Source: Candidatus Poribacteria bacterium
Lineage (GTDB): Bacteria > Poribacteria > WGA-4E > WGA-3G
Direction of reading: 5' to 3'
NCBI GenBank assembly: GCA_965214095.1
Contig: OZ243938.1
Span: 928,001 to 992,000, forward strand
Length of the DNA: 64,000 nucleotides
Made by a program: the position numbers and the translations under genes. Positions 41,607-51,510 of this stretch are shown in pieces. Position 1 is the stretch's first letter. Each line of letters opens with the position of its first letter. The notes under the pieces are model-generated. The model saw only the letters and a program-made list of their open reading frames with translations. It did not search any database and was not told the DNA's origin.

Positions 41607-42896
41607 TTATTCTTGGAATATTTGTCGCCGCATCAGGATAACAACTATTATTGAGAGGAAAATGTAGAGTATCGTAAATCCAATAAAGGGAACTACAAGA
41701 TTTGGCATTGGCGTAACAGCATCTGCTGTGCGCATGTAGTTGTAAATGACCCACGGTTGCCGTCCGACTTCTGTCACTGTCCACCCCGCTTCAATCGCAA
41801 TAAACCCCAGTGGCGCACAACATGTGACAAACCTGAGATACCATCTATCAACAGGTATCCCTTTACGTTTCCATGCCAACCATCCGCCAAGTAGACCAGC
41901 AACAATCATTACCATGCCACACGCAACCATAATCTGAAAAGCATAGTGGACAATTGCAACGGGAGGACGATCTTCGGGTGGATATTCTTTGAGTCCTTTT
42001 ATTTCAGCATTGAAATCAAAATGTGCAAGGAAACTGAGTGCTTTTGGGATTTCTATGGCATAGCGGGTCACTTCGTCCTTTTCATCAGGAATGCCGCCGA
42101 TACGCAAGGGAGCACCACGTTCTGTTTCCCACTGTGCCTCCATTGCAGCAAGTTTAACAGGTTGATGTTTTGCCACCTTTTTCGCACTGATGTCTCCAGA
42201 AATCGGCTGTAGAATTGAAAATACTACTCCTACACTTAGTGCGATAGCGAATGCTTTTCTATGAAAAGAACTCTCTGGATTTTGCCTCAGAAAATATGCA
42301 TGTATGCCAGCAACAGCGAATCCAACTGCAAGGAATGCAGCGATGGTCATGTGAAGACATTGACTGAATGAGGATGGGTTTAACATCGCAGCGATTGGGT
42401 CAATGTTAGTAAAGTTGCCATCAATGTATGTAAACCCGGTGGGAGTGTTCATCCAAGCATTTGCAGTAACAACGAATATACCGGACATCATGCCACCCAG
42501 TAGCACCATCACACCTGCTAACCAGTGAACCTTCTTTGGAACACGATCCCATCCATATAGATAGATGCCGAGAAAGATTGCTTCAATAAAGAATGCCAAA
42601 CCTTCCAAAGAAAATGGCATACCTATGATACGACCTGCATGTGCCATAAAGGTTGGCCACAACAACCCGAGTTCAAAGGATAAGACGGTTCCTGAAACCG
42701 CACCGACAGCAAACATAATTGCTGTCCCTTTTGACCATCGTTTAGCAAGTGTGAGATAAGTGTCATCGTTGGTTCTAAGCCACATACCTTCAGCAATCAC
42801 CATGAGTAGTGGCATTGCTATCCCAACGGAGGCAAAGATGATATGAAAGGCGAGAGACATCGCCATCTGTGCGCGTGCTGCTAACAGGTCTGCCAT
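41607..42896 (-). CDS. cydA: Cytochrome bd ubiquinol oxidase subunit I
   Basis: FHIIF, QPVKLAAME, GWTVTEVGRQPW. Confidence 0.96.
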   Translation of the reverse strand: MADLLAARAQMAMSLAFHIIFASVGIAMPLLMVIAEGMWLRTNDDTYLTLAKRWSKGTAIMFAVGAVSGTVLSFELGLLWPTFMAHAGRIIGMPFSLEGLAFFIEAIFLGIYLYGWDRVPKKVHWLAGVMVLLGGMMSGIFVVTANAWMNTPTGFTYIDGNFTNIDPIAAMLNPSSFSQCLHMTIAAFLAVGFAVAGIHAYFLRQNPESSFHRKAFAIALSVGVVFSILQPISGDISAKKVAKHQPVKLAAMEAQWETERGAPLRIGGIPDEKDEVTRYAIEIPKALSFLAHFDFNAEIKGLKEYPPEDRPPVAIVHYAFQIMVACGMVMIVAGLLGGWLAWKRKGIPVDRWYLRFVTCCAPLGFIAIEAGWTVTEVGRQPWVIYNYMRTADAVTPMPNLVVPFIGFTILYIFLSIIVVILMRRQIFQE

Positions 42897-42947
42897 AGGT
42901 TTTTCCTATAGGCGGGTTATGGACCCGCCAAAATAAAACGGTAGTAG

Positions 42948-43769
42948 TTATGCTACCCATGGTTCAAGACCGAGAAGTTTTTTCCCTAACGGTGTAAGTG
43001 CAGCCGTTTTTCCTTCATTGTGTTCCTTCTCTTTTTGGTTTTTACCAAGTCCTGTGAGTCGTTCCTTCCATCCTGTTACCCGACTTTCGCTTGTATCTTT
43101 GCCATCATTTGGTGCGGGTGACATGGTGATATATTGTGCCATACGGGGACGTTCAGCGGAATTTGGACTACTGCCATGAGGTAATGCACTGTGCCATATA
43201 ACGAGATCGCCTGCATTTCCTGCGATTGGAACGGTTTGATCTTGATAGGCACGCACAATATGTCGTGGATTTTGATCATCAGGGAGACTGTCTAACCACG
43301 TTTCCAATTTTCGATGGAAACCGGGAATGCAGGTAAATGCTCCCTGATTACTTGGTGTATCTGCCAGATAGAGCACGCCTTGCACCTTTAACGTTACCGG
43401 CATATTATCTAAAGACATATCCCAATGTAGATACGGACCGGGGAATTTCCAATCATCACGTTCTGGTGGATTCATACTTGCGCGGTCAAAACTGACCCAT
43501 AGTTTTTCGTTATTCCAGATTTCTGTGAATGCTTGGTGCACCCGTGGATATTGTCTGTTATCCCACAATGCTTGGTGTTGATATATTTCGACCATGATAC
43601 CCCGACGATCTGTTGGATACCAACTATCGGGATTGTCTCCATCCATTTCAAGGAAGTCCCATACAGCCTGTTCTGCTGCACGGCAATTTTCAAGTGGAAC
43701 TGCTTCACGGACAACGACATAGCCGTGTTCGTTCCAAAATTCTAAATCTTCTTTAGTAAAGACAGGCAT
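42948..43769 (-). CDS. Phytanoyl-CoA dioxygenase (PhyH) family protein
   Basis: HWD, GDLVIWHSALPHG. Confidence 0.9.
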   Translation of the reverse strand: MPVFTKEDLEFWNEHGYVVVREAVPLENCRAAEQAVWDFLEMDGDNPDSWYPTDRRGIMVEIYQHQALWDNRQYPRVHQAFTEIWNNEKLWVSFDRASMNPPERDDWKFPGPYLHWDMSLDNMPVTLKVQGVLYLADTPSNQGAFTCIPGFHRKLETWLDSLPDDQNPRHIVRAYQDQTVPIAGNAGDLVIWHSALPHGSSPNSAERPRMAQYITMSPAPNDGKDTSESRVTGWKERLTGLGKNQKEKEHNEGKTAALTPLGKKLLGLEPWVA

Positions 43770-43881
43770 GAGTTACTCCGATCATATTAATTTGACCGTT
43801 TTAGGTCAATACGTTGTTGATATAAGTTAAGTCACTCAATAATCTTACAAATATTTTCAATGTATAACGTAAGGAAACGAT

Positions 43882-44565
43882 TTATGTTGCAAAATGCTTT
43901 CTGGCATATTCAAGTCGTTCTGGCACACCGATGTCTATCCATTCGGTTTCGACTTTATGGACATAAAGTTGTGATAGGAAAGGGAAGACATCACGTTCAA
44001 TAGAAAAGACATCCTTCTTTGGAAAAGCATCAATTATGGATTGGTTAAAAAGAAAAACTGCAGCGTTTGCACAACCCGGTCGCGCGATTTGTTGTTTTTC
44101 TCTAAACTCAGTGATGCGTCCCTGTGCATTAGACACAATTTCTCCGTAAGATGTTAGATCTTGCACTGAAATCCCGAGTAATAATCCATCCATTTCAGGT
44201 CGTAGTTGAGTCAGCATATCGGACAATGAGATGTTTTTCAACAATATATCTCCATGAAGAACAAAGACAGGGAATTCATCAACGAAGCGGAATGCGTTTT
44301 TTATCGCACCACCTGTTCCCAATCGTTTATCCTCTTTGGCATATCGAATTCTCAGACCAGCACATTCTTCGCCTACTTGTGCATATAGCACGTCATGCAA
44401 ATGTCCTGAAGCAAGAATTACCTCATGCACTCCTGCTGAAGACAGTAGTTCAAGCTGCCATTCTAAAACAGTTCTTTCATCGATTTTCAACAGAACTTTT
44501 GGAAGTGTTTGTGTAGTTTTACCGAGTCTTGTGGAGAGTCCGCCGCAGAGAATAATCGCTTGCAT
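43882..44565 (-). CDS. NDP-sugar nucleotidyltransferase
   Basis: ILCGGLSTRL...PK, LGTGGA, WIDIG. Confidence 0.9.
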   Translation of the reverse strand: MQAIILCGGLSTRLGKTTQTLPKVLLKIDERTVLEWQLELLSSAGVHEVILASGHLHDVLYAQVGEECAGLRIRYAKEDKRLGTGGAIKNAFRFVDEFPVFVLHGDILLKNISLSDMLTQLRPEMDGLLLGISVQDLTSYGEIVSNAQGRITEFREKQQIARPGCANAAVFLFNQSIIDAFPKKDVFSIERDVFPFLSQLYVHKVETEWIDIGVPERLEYARKHFAT

Positions 44566-44597
44566 GAGTTAATTTCCATAGTAGGCAGTGGATATTC

Positions 44598-44993
44598 TCA
44601 ATTGAAATCAGTTTTGGGTATATAATCAAATGCACTCTGAATTTGCTCAAGATGTAGGACTTCAAGCTGTGGCGACAAATGTATTGCTATCACATCAAAA
44701 CGGCATGGTGCATTCATTAGATTCTTCTTTTGTAAATATGCCAATGCGATTTTTGAAATTTGACGTTGTTTCTTTAGGGTTACTGCGTATTGTGGCAATC
44801 CAAACTTTAAACTGCGTCGCGTTTTAACTTCAACGAATACAATCCTATCTCCCTGTTTCACGATTAAATCAATTTCACCGCGTCGGAAACGGTAGTTCTG
44901 TGCAAGAATTTGATAGCCATGTGCTTTTAGATATTCTGCTGCAGCGGATTCACCGATTTTAGCAATGACTGTGCGAGGATGATGTTTTGACAT
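44598..44993 (-). CDS. yraN: YraN family protein (UPF0102)
   Basis: GEIDLI, FVEVKTR, RFDVI. Confidence 0.93.
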   Translation of the reverse strand: MSKHHPRTVIAKIGESAAAEYLKAHGYQILAQNYRFRRGEIDLIVKQGDRIVFVEVKTRRSLKFGLPQYAVTLKKQRQISKIALAYLQKKNLMNAPCRFDVIAIHLSPQLEVLHLEQIQSAFDYIPKTDFN

Positions 44994-45039
44994 GCCAAGT
45001 TTCCCTCTTATGTTGAGGATAGTCTATGGTTAGATGAAA

Positions 45040-45630
45040 CTAATCTGGAAGCAATTTGAAAGTATTCCGATGAATTGAGGATGCACCGAACTGTGCAATC
45101 GCCTGACGATGTTGCGCAGTTGGGTATCCTTTGTGTTGCTTAAATCCGTAATCTGGATATTTCTCATCAAATTCAACCATTAATGCATCGCGTGTAGTTT
45201 TAGCGATAACGGATGCAGCTGCAATTGACAAACTCAGGCTGTCCCCTTTTGGAATTGCATCACTTGGAATATCAATGTCAGGCAGTTTGGAACCATCAAC
45301 CAACAGACAATCAGGTTTCGGTGTCAATTGTTCAACCGCACACTTCATCGCAAGTAATGACGCTTGCAAGATGTTTATCCGTTCAATAGTGCGGTTATCC
45401 ACTGAACCTGTACCGATTGAAATGGCTACACTGCGGATTTTTTCCGCTAACACCTCGCGCTGATTAGGTGTCAATAGTTTTGAGTCAGTTAACCCCTCAA
45501 TTTGACAGTCAGCAGGCAAGATGACAGCTGCAGCCACCACAGGACCTGCCAATGCCCCTCTTCCTGCTTCGTCAACCCCTGCAATTTGTGAGAAACCCTT
45601 TAGCCTACAAACGCGCTCATAAGCGTCCAT
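45040..45630 (-). CDS. rnhB: Ribonuclease HII
   Basis: GVDEAGRG, DSK, IAAASVIAK, HKGY. Start placed at ATG 45630. Confidence 0.96.
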   Translation of the reverse strand: MDAYERVCRLKGFSQIAGVDEAGRGALAGPVVAAAVILPADCQIEGLTDSKLLTPNQREVLAEKIRSVAISIGTGSVDNRTIERINILQASLLAMKCAVEQLTPKPDCLLVDGSKLPDIDIPSDAIPKGDSLSLSIAAASVIAKTTRDALMVEFDEKYPDYGFKQHKGYPTAQHRQAIAQFGASSIHRNTFKLLPD

Positions 45631-45634
45631 TCTG

Positions 45635-45979
45635 TTATCTTCTGCGTTCCTTGACACGAGCAGCACGTCCAGTTCGGTCTCTCAGATAGTATAATTTTGC
45701 ACGTCTAACTGCCCCATATCTGACCACTCTAATGCTTTCAATATTGGGTGAGTGTAATGGAAATGTTCGCTCACTACCTGTGCCAAAGGCAACTCGTCGC
45801 ACAGTAAATGTAGCACTCGTGCCACCATGTGCACGACGAATCACGGTGCCTTCATAAGCCTGAATACGTTCCTTCTGTCCTTCTCGGATACGAGTATTGA
45901 CTCTAATAATGTCTCCAGGACCGAACTCTGGTATATCGGATTTCTTATATTGATTTTCTACAGATTCAATTAAATTCAT
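45635..45979 (-). CDS. rplS: 50S ribosomal protein L19
   Basis: RRAKLYYLR. Confidence 0.97.
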   Translation of the reverse strand: MNLIESVENQYKKSDIPEFGPGDIIRVNTRIREGQKERIQAYEGTVIRRAHGGTSATFTVRRVAFGTGSERTFPLHSPNIESIRVVRYGAVRRAKLYYLRDRTGRAARVKERRR

Positions 45980-46017
45980 TGTGATACCTCCTTCATAAGA
46001 TTTTTATGAATGTAAAT

Positions 46018-46155
46018 TATAGTGAAATGTAAAAATATATGCACACTCTACGGTAGATGCGGTTTCCAAACCGCATCTATGAGACTGAACAAACACCGGT
46101 TCGGTTAGGAAACCGAACCTACCGTCGTGTGTAAATAATTATGGTTTTTACTATA
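46018..46155. mobile_element. MITE family A, uninterrupted reference copy with two inverted REPs
   Basis: TATAGTGAAA...TTTTACTATA. Confidence 0.85.
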
Positions 46156-46174
46156 AGCGACTTGTGGCATTGAC

Positions 46175-46903
46175 TTACATGTTATCTTCCAGTATTTTGA
46201 GGATAGTAAGTTCCTCATCAGACAACTCAAGATCTTGAAGTAAATCTGGACGATGGTGTGCAGTCCGTTTTAGTGCTTCCACCTGCCGCCATTTTTTTAT
46301 ATTTTCATGATGTCCACTCAATAGCACTTCAGGCACTTCCATTCCTTCATACACTGCGGGTCGTGTGTAGTGTGGATGGTCAAGTAAGTCTTGACTGAAA
46401 GAGTCCTCGTGTGCAGATTCAAAGTCTCCTAACGCTCCTGGTAATACGCGCCCGATTGCATCTATAAGCACGAGTGCTGCGATTTCGCCGCCACTCAGAA
46501 CATAATCACCGATTGATACTTCAGATGTAATGACCTTTTGACGTACACGTTCATCAATACCTTTGTAACGACCACATATTAGAATGATATGTGTCTCCAA
46601 AGACATGGCTTCAACTAATGATTGAGTTAAAGGAGTGCCTTGCGGGGTTAGAAATACAACGTTTGCATCAGATGTAGTATTCAATGCATTAACGGCAGCA
46701 AAAAGGGGTTCAGGTTTGAGAATCATTCCCGCCCCACCACCGTAAGGATAGTCATCAACTGATTTGTGCTTGTCAGTTGCCCAATCGCGCAAGTTATAGA
46801 CATTGATGGTGAGTCCACCTGCATCCTGAATTCGCTTGAGTATCCCTGTTTGCAATGCGGGTGCGATGATCTCTGGAAACAGCGCGAGCACATCCAATTT
46901 CAT
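46175..46903 (-). CDS. trmD: tRNA (guanine37-N1)-methyltransferase
   Basis: DDYPYGGGAGM, GIDER, SIGDYVLSGGE. Confidence 0.97.
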   Translation of the reverse strand: MKLDVLALFPEIIAPALQTGILKRIQDAGGLTINVYNLRDWATDKHKSVDDYPYGGGAGMILKPEPLFAAVNALNTTSDANVVFLTPQGTPLTQSLVEAMSLETHIILICGRYKGIDERVRQKVITSEVSIGDYVLSGGEIAALVLIDAIGRVLPGALGDFESAHEDSFSQDLLDHPHYTRPAVYEGMEVPEVLLSGHHENIKKWRQVEALKRTAHHRPDLLQDLELSDEELTILKILEDNM

Positions 46904-46924
46904 TTTTATGTATGCCTATTATCA

Positions 46925-47179
46925 TTATTCTTCTTCGGTTCGCGGCTCCTCAATAAGTTCAAGAATCACTTTCTTTTGTGTTTTCAATCCAGCAGTGTAC
47001 AACAGTGTCCTAATAGCTTTGAGAGTCCTTCCGTATCTACCGATAATTTTCCCCAAATCTGCTTCTGCGACAATCAGTTCAATAATAACCACCTTTTCGC
47101 CAGTCACTTCACGGACTATTACATCATCAGGATAGTCAACAAGGGCTTTTACGATGTATTCTATAAGTTCTTTGAACAT
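46925..47179 (-). CDS. khpA: KH-domain RNA-binding protein
   Basis: DLGKIIGRYGRT. Start placed at ATG 47179. Confidence 0.9.
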   Translation of the reverse strand: MFKELIEYIVKALVDYPDDVIVREVTGEKVVIIELIVAEADLGKIIGRYGRTLKAIRTLLYTAGLKTQKKVILELIEEPRTEEE

Positions 47180-47240
47180 AACTAACTCAATGGTTATAAT
47201 GAACTCTGGATATGTAGACAATGAAGTTAAACTGGAATGA

Positions 47241-47678
47241 TTATTCTTCTTCAGATGCGTCTGAATGTGCATCGGACGATTCTGTGTCTTCTTCAACCGA
47301 TTCAGGCGTGTCTTCGGTCTGAAGTGCTTCCTGATTATCTTCGGCAGGAGCAGTTTCTGTTTCTTCAGCGGGTTCGTCTGTTACACTTTCTTCTACGTCG
47401 GGAAGTGGTTTTCCAAGTTTTTCATAAGTAAATTTCTTCCAGATGCCTTGTTGTGAAAGCAATCTCTTGGCTGTGTCGGTGGGTTGTGCCCCACGTCTGA
47501 GCCATTTTAGTGCTTTTTCTTCATCAATAAGGACTTCTGCGGGTTCCGTAATAGGATTATAGTGACCGAGTCGTTCTAAAAAGACACCGTCCCGCTGTGC
47601 TCGCGCATCAGCTGCTACGAGTCGATAGAATGGACGTTTCTTTCTTCCGAGTCGTTGCAATCTAATTTTAACTGCCAA
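47241..47678 (-). CDS. rpsP: 30S ribosomal protein S16 with an acidic C-terminal tail
   Basis: [24 protein letters not shown]; TTG start after AGGAGG. Confidence 0.97.
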   Translation of the reverse strand: MAVKIRLQRLGRKKRPFYRLVAADARAQRDGVFLERLGHYNPITEPAEVLIDEEKALKWLRRGAQPTDTAKRLLSQQGIWKKFTYEKLGKPLPDVEESVTDEPAEETETAPAEDNQEALQTEDTPESVEEDTESSDAHSDASEEE

Positions 47679-47746
47679 AAATAACCTCCTGGTTGATTGT
47701 ATAGCTGAATTTACCAGATATAATCTAATTGTAATTGCGTATGCCG

Positions 47747-49135
47747 TTATTTTTTTCTTCTACGTTTTCGTGGTTTTCTTGATTTACGTTGTGTTCGAGG
47801 GAAAGCACCTAAATTTCCACCCATCTTTGGTATCGCCATTGCTCCCTGTTGGTTAAACATGTTATTCATCATACGTAACTGTGAAACCAATTGATTAATC
47901 TGATTAACCGATGTGCCACTGCCTTTGGATATACGCATTTTCCGGCTACGATCTAATTGAACGGTATTGCTCCGTTCAGCAGGTGTCATTGACTGAATGA
48001 CCGCTTTAATATGTTTAATATGGTCTTCATCAGGCTGCATGTCTTTGATGGGTAATTGGTTTTTAAACGGGACAAGATCAAGTATTTGGTCAAGCGGTCC
48101 CATATTCTTAATTTGTTCAAGCTGCGTAAGTAAATCGTTGAAATCTAAACCTTTTTTCTCTGTTAATTTCCGTTCTAATTCTCTTGCCTGATCTTCACTG
48201 AAGACTTCTTCAGCTTTTTCCATCAAGGTCTGGAAATCACCTTGACCGATAATACGTGAAGCCATCCGTTCAGGATGGAATTCTTCAAGCGTATTCGCGT
48301 CAATTTTCTCCCCGACACCAATAAATTTGATGGGTTTGTCTGTAACAGAACGGATCGAGAGTGCAGCACCACCGCGTGCATCCCCATCCATCTTCGTCAA
48401 AATTACCCCACTAATATCCAAATCCTTATTGAAGTTTTCTGCGACGTTTACTGCGTCTTGACCTGTCATCGCATCAACTACGAGCAGGATTTCTGACGGA
48501 TTTACCGCATCCTTGATTCCCTTCAGTTCATTCATCAATGTTTCATCAATGTGCAAACGACCTGCTGTATCAATAATTACACAATCGTAACCACGATTGA
48601 GTGCATCTTGCACAGCATCCTTTGCAATTTTGACAGGTGAGACATCTGTCCCCAGTGCAAAGACAGGACAATCAATCTGTTCACCAAGTACCTGAAGCTG
48701 CTTGATTGCTGCAGGACGGTAAACATCACCTGCCGCGAGCATCGGATTACGTCCATCCTTACGGAATTTGAGTGCTAACTTCGCTGCGACTGTTGTTTTA
48801 CCAGCACCTTGCAATCCGGCTAACATCACAACCGTTGGTCCGCTGGAAGATATCTGAATCTTCGCAGATTCTGTTCCCATCAAAGTGGTTAATTCTTCTT
48901 GGATTATCTTCGCAATTTGGAGTTCTGGTGTGAGACTCCCCATCACCTCTTGACCGAGTGCACGTTCCTTGATGCTTTCAATAAAATCGCGTGTGACCTT
49001 GTAGTTCACATCTGCTTCTAAGAAGGCGCGACGCACTTCTCGCAGGGAATCAGAGATATTCTTCTCTGTCATTTTTCCCTGACCTTTAATCTTTTTAAAG
49101 GTGCTTTGTAGCCGATCACTCAAACTCTCAAACAT
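47747..49135 (-). CDS. ffh: Signal recognition particle protein
   Basis: [25 protein letters not shown] domain. Confidence 0.98.
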   Translation of the reverse strand: MFESLSDRLQSTFKKIKGQGKMTEKNISDSLREVRRAFLEADVNYKVTRDFIESIKERALGQEVMGSLTPELQIAKIIQEELTTLMGTESAKIQISSSGPTVVMLAGLQGAGKTTVAAKLALKFRKDGRNPMLAAGDVYRPAAIKQLQVLGEQIDCPVFALGTDVSPVKIAKDAVQDALNRGYDCVIIDTAGRLHIDETLMNELKGIKDAVNPSEILLVVDAMTGQDAVNVAENFNKDLDISGVILTKMDGDARGGAALSIRSVTDKPIKFIGVGEKIDANTLEEFHPERMASRIIGQGDFQTLMEKAEEVFSEDQARELERKLTEKKGLDFNDLLTQLEQIKNMGPLDQILDLVPFKNQLPIKDMQPDEDHIKHIKAVIQSMTPAERSNTVQLDRSRKMRISKGSGTSVNQINQLVSQLRMMNNMFNQQGAMAIPKMGGNLGAFPRTQRKSRKPRKRRRKK

Positions 49136-49173
49136 GCGTTTAAATCCTTTATCAAAGGGAAATTAATTAAAGA

Positions 49174-49202
49174 ATTATAGCAGGTTTAATGGGTTCTGTC
49201 AA
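49174..49202 (-). promoter_or_regulatory. Consensus sigma70 promoter of the ffh operon
   Basis: TTGACA-17 bp-TATAAT with extended TG. Confidence 0.8.
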
Positions 49203-49397
49203 GTTTTTTTGTGGTTGAGCAGGGTGTTGGGAAGTATATCTGAATTGTGGATTTTCGCGGATTGTCCAGACTTTGTAGGTTGTAGTACTGGATATAGTCA
49301 AAGTCACTGAAAATTTGTTTTTGATTAGATGAATGCTTCTGGTTCTTTATCTAATTTGCAGCTGCTCCAACATAGAGGGTAGGTCTATCTGCGGAAA

Positions 49398-51278
49398 TTA
49401 GGGTTTTAGCGCGGATACATCCCACAGATACACCATACCATTGACTAAACTGACAAGTGTATTTCCATCCGATGCAAACGCAACACGTTGGACCCACCGA
49501 TTATTTGCAACATAATTATGAACTATCTTTCTTGTGCTGACATCGTATATGAAAACACCTTTCGTTGCGCTACCAAACGCCAGAAACTTGCCATCCGGGC
49601 TGAAGACGACACTGGTTATCTGGGAGGGATTCTTCCTGAGAAAGAGGTTCCGTTTCCCTGTTGCAACATCCCATAGATAGATGTTCGGACTGTATGCTGC
49701 AGATGCGAGTATTTTACTGTCGGGATTGAAGGATAGGTCTGATATTAACTCGCCGTGTTTTCTGATAGAGTTCTTTTTCTCACCGGTGTTTGCATCCCAT
49801 AAATGGACAATCATATCCTCACCACCACTGGCGAGTGTGCTTCCATCAGGACTAAAGGCGACACTGATCACACTATCTTTATGTCCTTTTAATGTGTGTT
49901 TGAGTTCACCTGTGTTGGTGTTCCATAAAATGACATTCTTATCCTCACCGCCACTGGCGATGGTGTTTCCATCGGGACTAAAGGCGACACAGTTGACCGA
50001 TTCCTGCTCCTGATGCCCCTTAAGCATATTTATCTGCTTACCAGTGTTCGCATCAAATAGTGTTATATCGTCATAGTGTGCTCCAGCCAAAGTCTTGCCG
50101 TCAGGACTATAGGCGATGTCATCTACTGGTCTATAACTCTGTCTACTGACTATCTTCTGTAATGTCCCCGTTGCTGCGTCAAATAGATAGATGGTCCTAT
50201 CATTTCCTTGGCATGCGATTGTTTTACCATCGGGACTCACCGCAAAACAGATGTATTCCCCATAAAATCCCTTGATGGAATGTGTGCTTTCACCTGTGAA
50301 GATATTCCAAATGCGGACGTTTCCGTTAAAGTCGGAACTGGCGAGTGTCCGCAAATCGGGACTGAAGGATACAGATTGCCCACCCCAGTATTCTGTCAAC
50401 GTTTTGATGTGTTGATATGTATTGAGATCCCACAACTGGATAGTTCCGTTGACACACGCAGCGGCTAATAGTCCACCATCCGCACTGAACGCAATGTGAT
50501 TGAACCCCGAGACTCTCCCTTCTGCCTTCAGTGTCTGTATCTGTTGCATAGTGTCCATATCCCATAGGCGTACAGCGTTGTCTGATGCGCTTCCACTGGC
50601 GAGGATGTTACCATCGTTGTTGAAAGCGACAGATCTAACTTCAGACTGGTTTTCATCCAGGTCCTGTATATGTTTACCGCTCACCGTATCCCAGAGTACA
50701 ATATTCCCCGACTCCTCTCCGGCGGCGATCATAAATCCATTCGGATTGAAAGCGAGGCAGTTTATATCACTTGCATCTACATGTGGTTTTTGGATAGTTT
50801 GCTTTTCTTTACCCGTTTTGGCATCCAATATACGGATTATTCTGCGAGCTGTAGCGAAAGCGACTGTGTCGCCATTCGCATTGAAGACGATACCTTTAAT
50901 CCTATTCGAAGATGTCAGTTCTCGTTCAAGTTTGCCTGTATCCGTATTCCACAGATTTATGGTGGCATCATTTTCATAGCTGACCAGAATGTTTTTCTTT
51001 GGATGATAGGTGAAGTTTGACATGCCCATATCGCTTTTTGTAAGGAGATGGATGGGTTGTAAAGTGGTTGTATCGTATATCCACGTGCCGATAGAACTTC
51101 CGATTGCAATCTGCGTTCCGTCTGGTGAATACTGGACGTGGCTGAGTCCTCCTTTGCCGAATCGTGCAATTGCACCTTCTGGTAGTCCAAGGGCTGGATG
51201 TGTCTGTTCTTGTGCAATGCTGACGTGTGTGATTATTAACAGTAGTGCTGTGATTATGGTGAGAATTTTGTGTGTCAT
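49398..51278 (-). CDS. Secreted WD40-repeat protein
   Basis: Signal peptide, LPEGAIARFGKG, WD40 repeats. Confidence 0.92.
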   Translation of the reverse strand: MTHKILTIITALLLIITHVSIAQEQTHPALGLPEGAIARFGKGGLSHVQYSPDGTQIAIGSSIGTWIYDTTTLQPIHLLTKSDMGMSNFTYHPKKNILVSYENDATINLWNTDTGKLERELTSSNRIKGIVFNANGDTVAFATARRIIRILDAKTGKEKQTIQKPHVDASDINCLAFNPNGFMIAAGEESGNIVLWDTVSGKHIQDLDENQSEVRSVAFNNDGNILASGSASDNAVRLWDMDTMQQIQTLKAEGRVSGFNHIAFSADGGLLAAACVNGTIQLWDLNTYQHIKTLTEYWGGQSVSFSPDLRTLASSDFNGNVRIWNIFTGESTHSIKGFYGEYICFAVSPDGKTIACQGNDRTIYLFDAATGTLQKIVSRQSYRPVDDIAYSPDGKTLAGAHYDDITLFDANTGKQINMLKGHQEQESVNCVAFSPDGNTIASGGEDKNVILWNTNTGELKHTLKGHKDSVISVAFSPDGSTLASGGEDMIVHLWDANTGEKKNSIRKHGELISDLSFNPDSKILASAAYSPNIYLWDVATGKRNLFLRKNPSQITSVVFSPDGKFLAFGSATKGVFIYDVSTRKIVHNYVANNRWVQRVAFASDGNTLVSLVNGMVYLWDVSALKP

Positions 51279-51324
51279 TTAGATATTATAGCATGTTTTT
51301 TGTGGGTATCCAAGGTTTGTTGCG

Positions 51325-51510
51325 GTCTTGTAGGAACGGTTTCCAATTGCGGCGATACGCTTCCATTGTAGGACAGGGTCTCTGTGCCCCGCCATCCTTC
51401 TTGTCTGAACCAGGATTTGCAGGATTAGTAGATTTGCAGGATTGGGAGTTTGATAATCCTGGGAATCCTGATTCTGAATGTAAGAACGGCACACGGCGTG
51501 TGCCTGCTAC
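51325..51510. repeat. Cluster of degenerate GTAG-type REPs and short GCAGGATT/AATCCTG repeats
   Basis: TTGTAGGA twice, GATTTGCAGGATT twice, AATCCTG twice, GGCACACggcGTGTGCC..CTAC. Confidence 0.55.
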
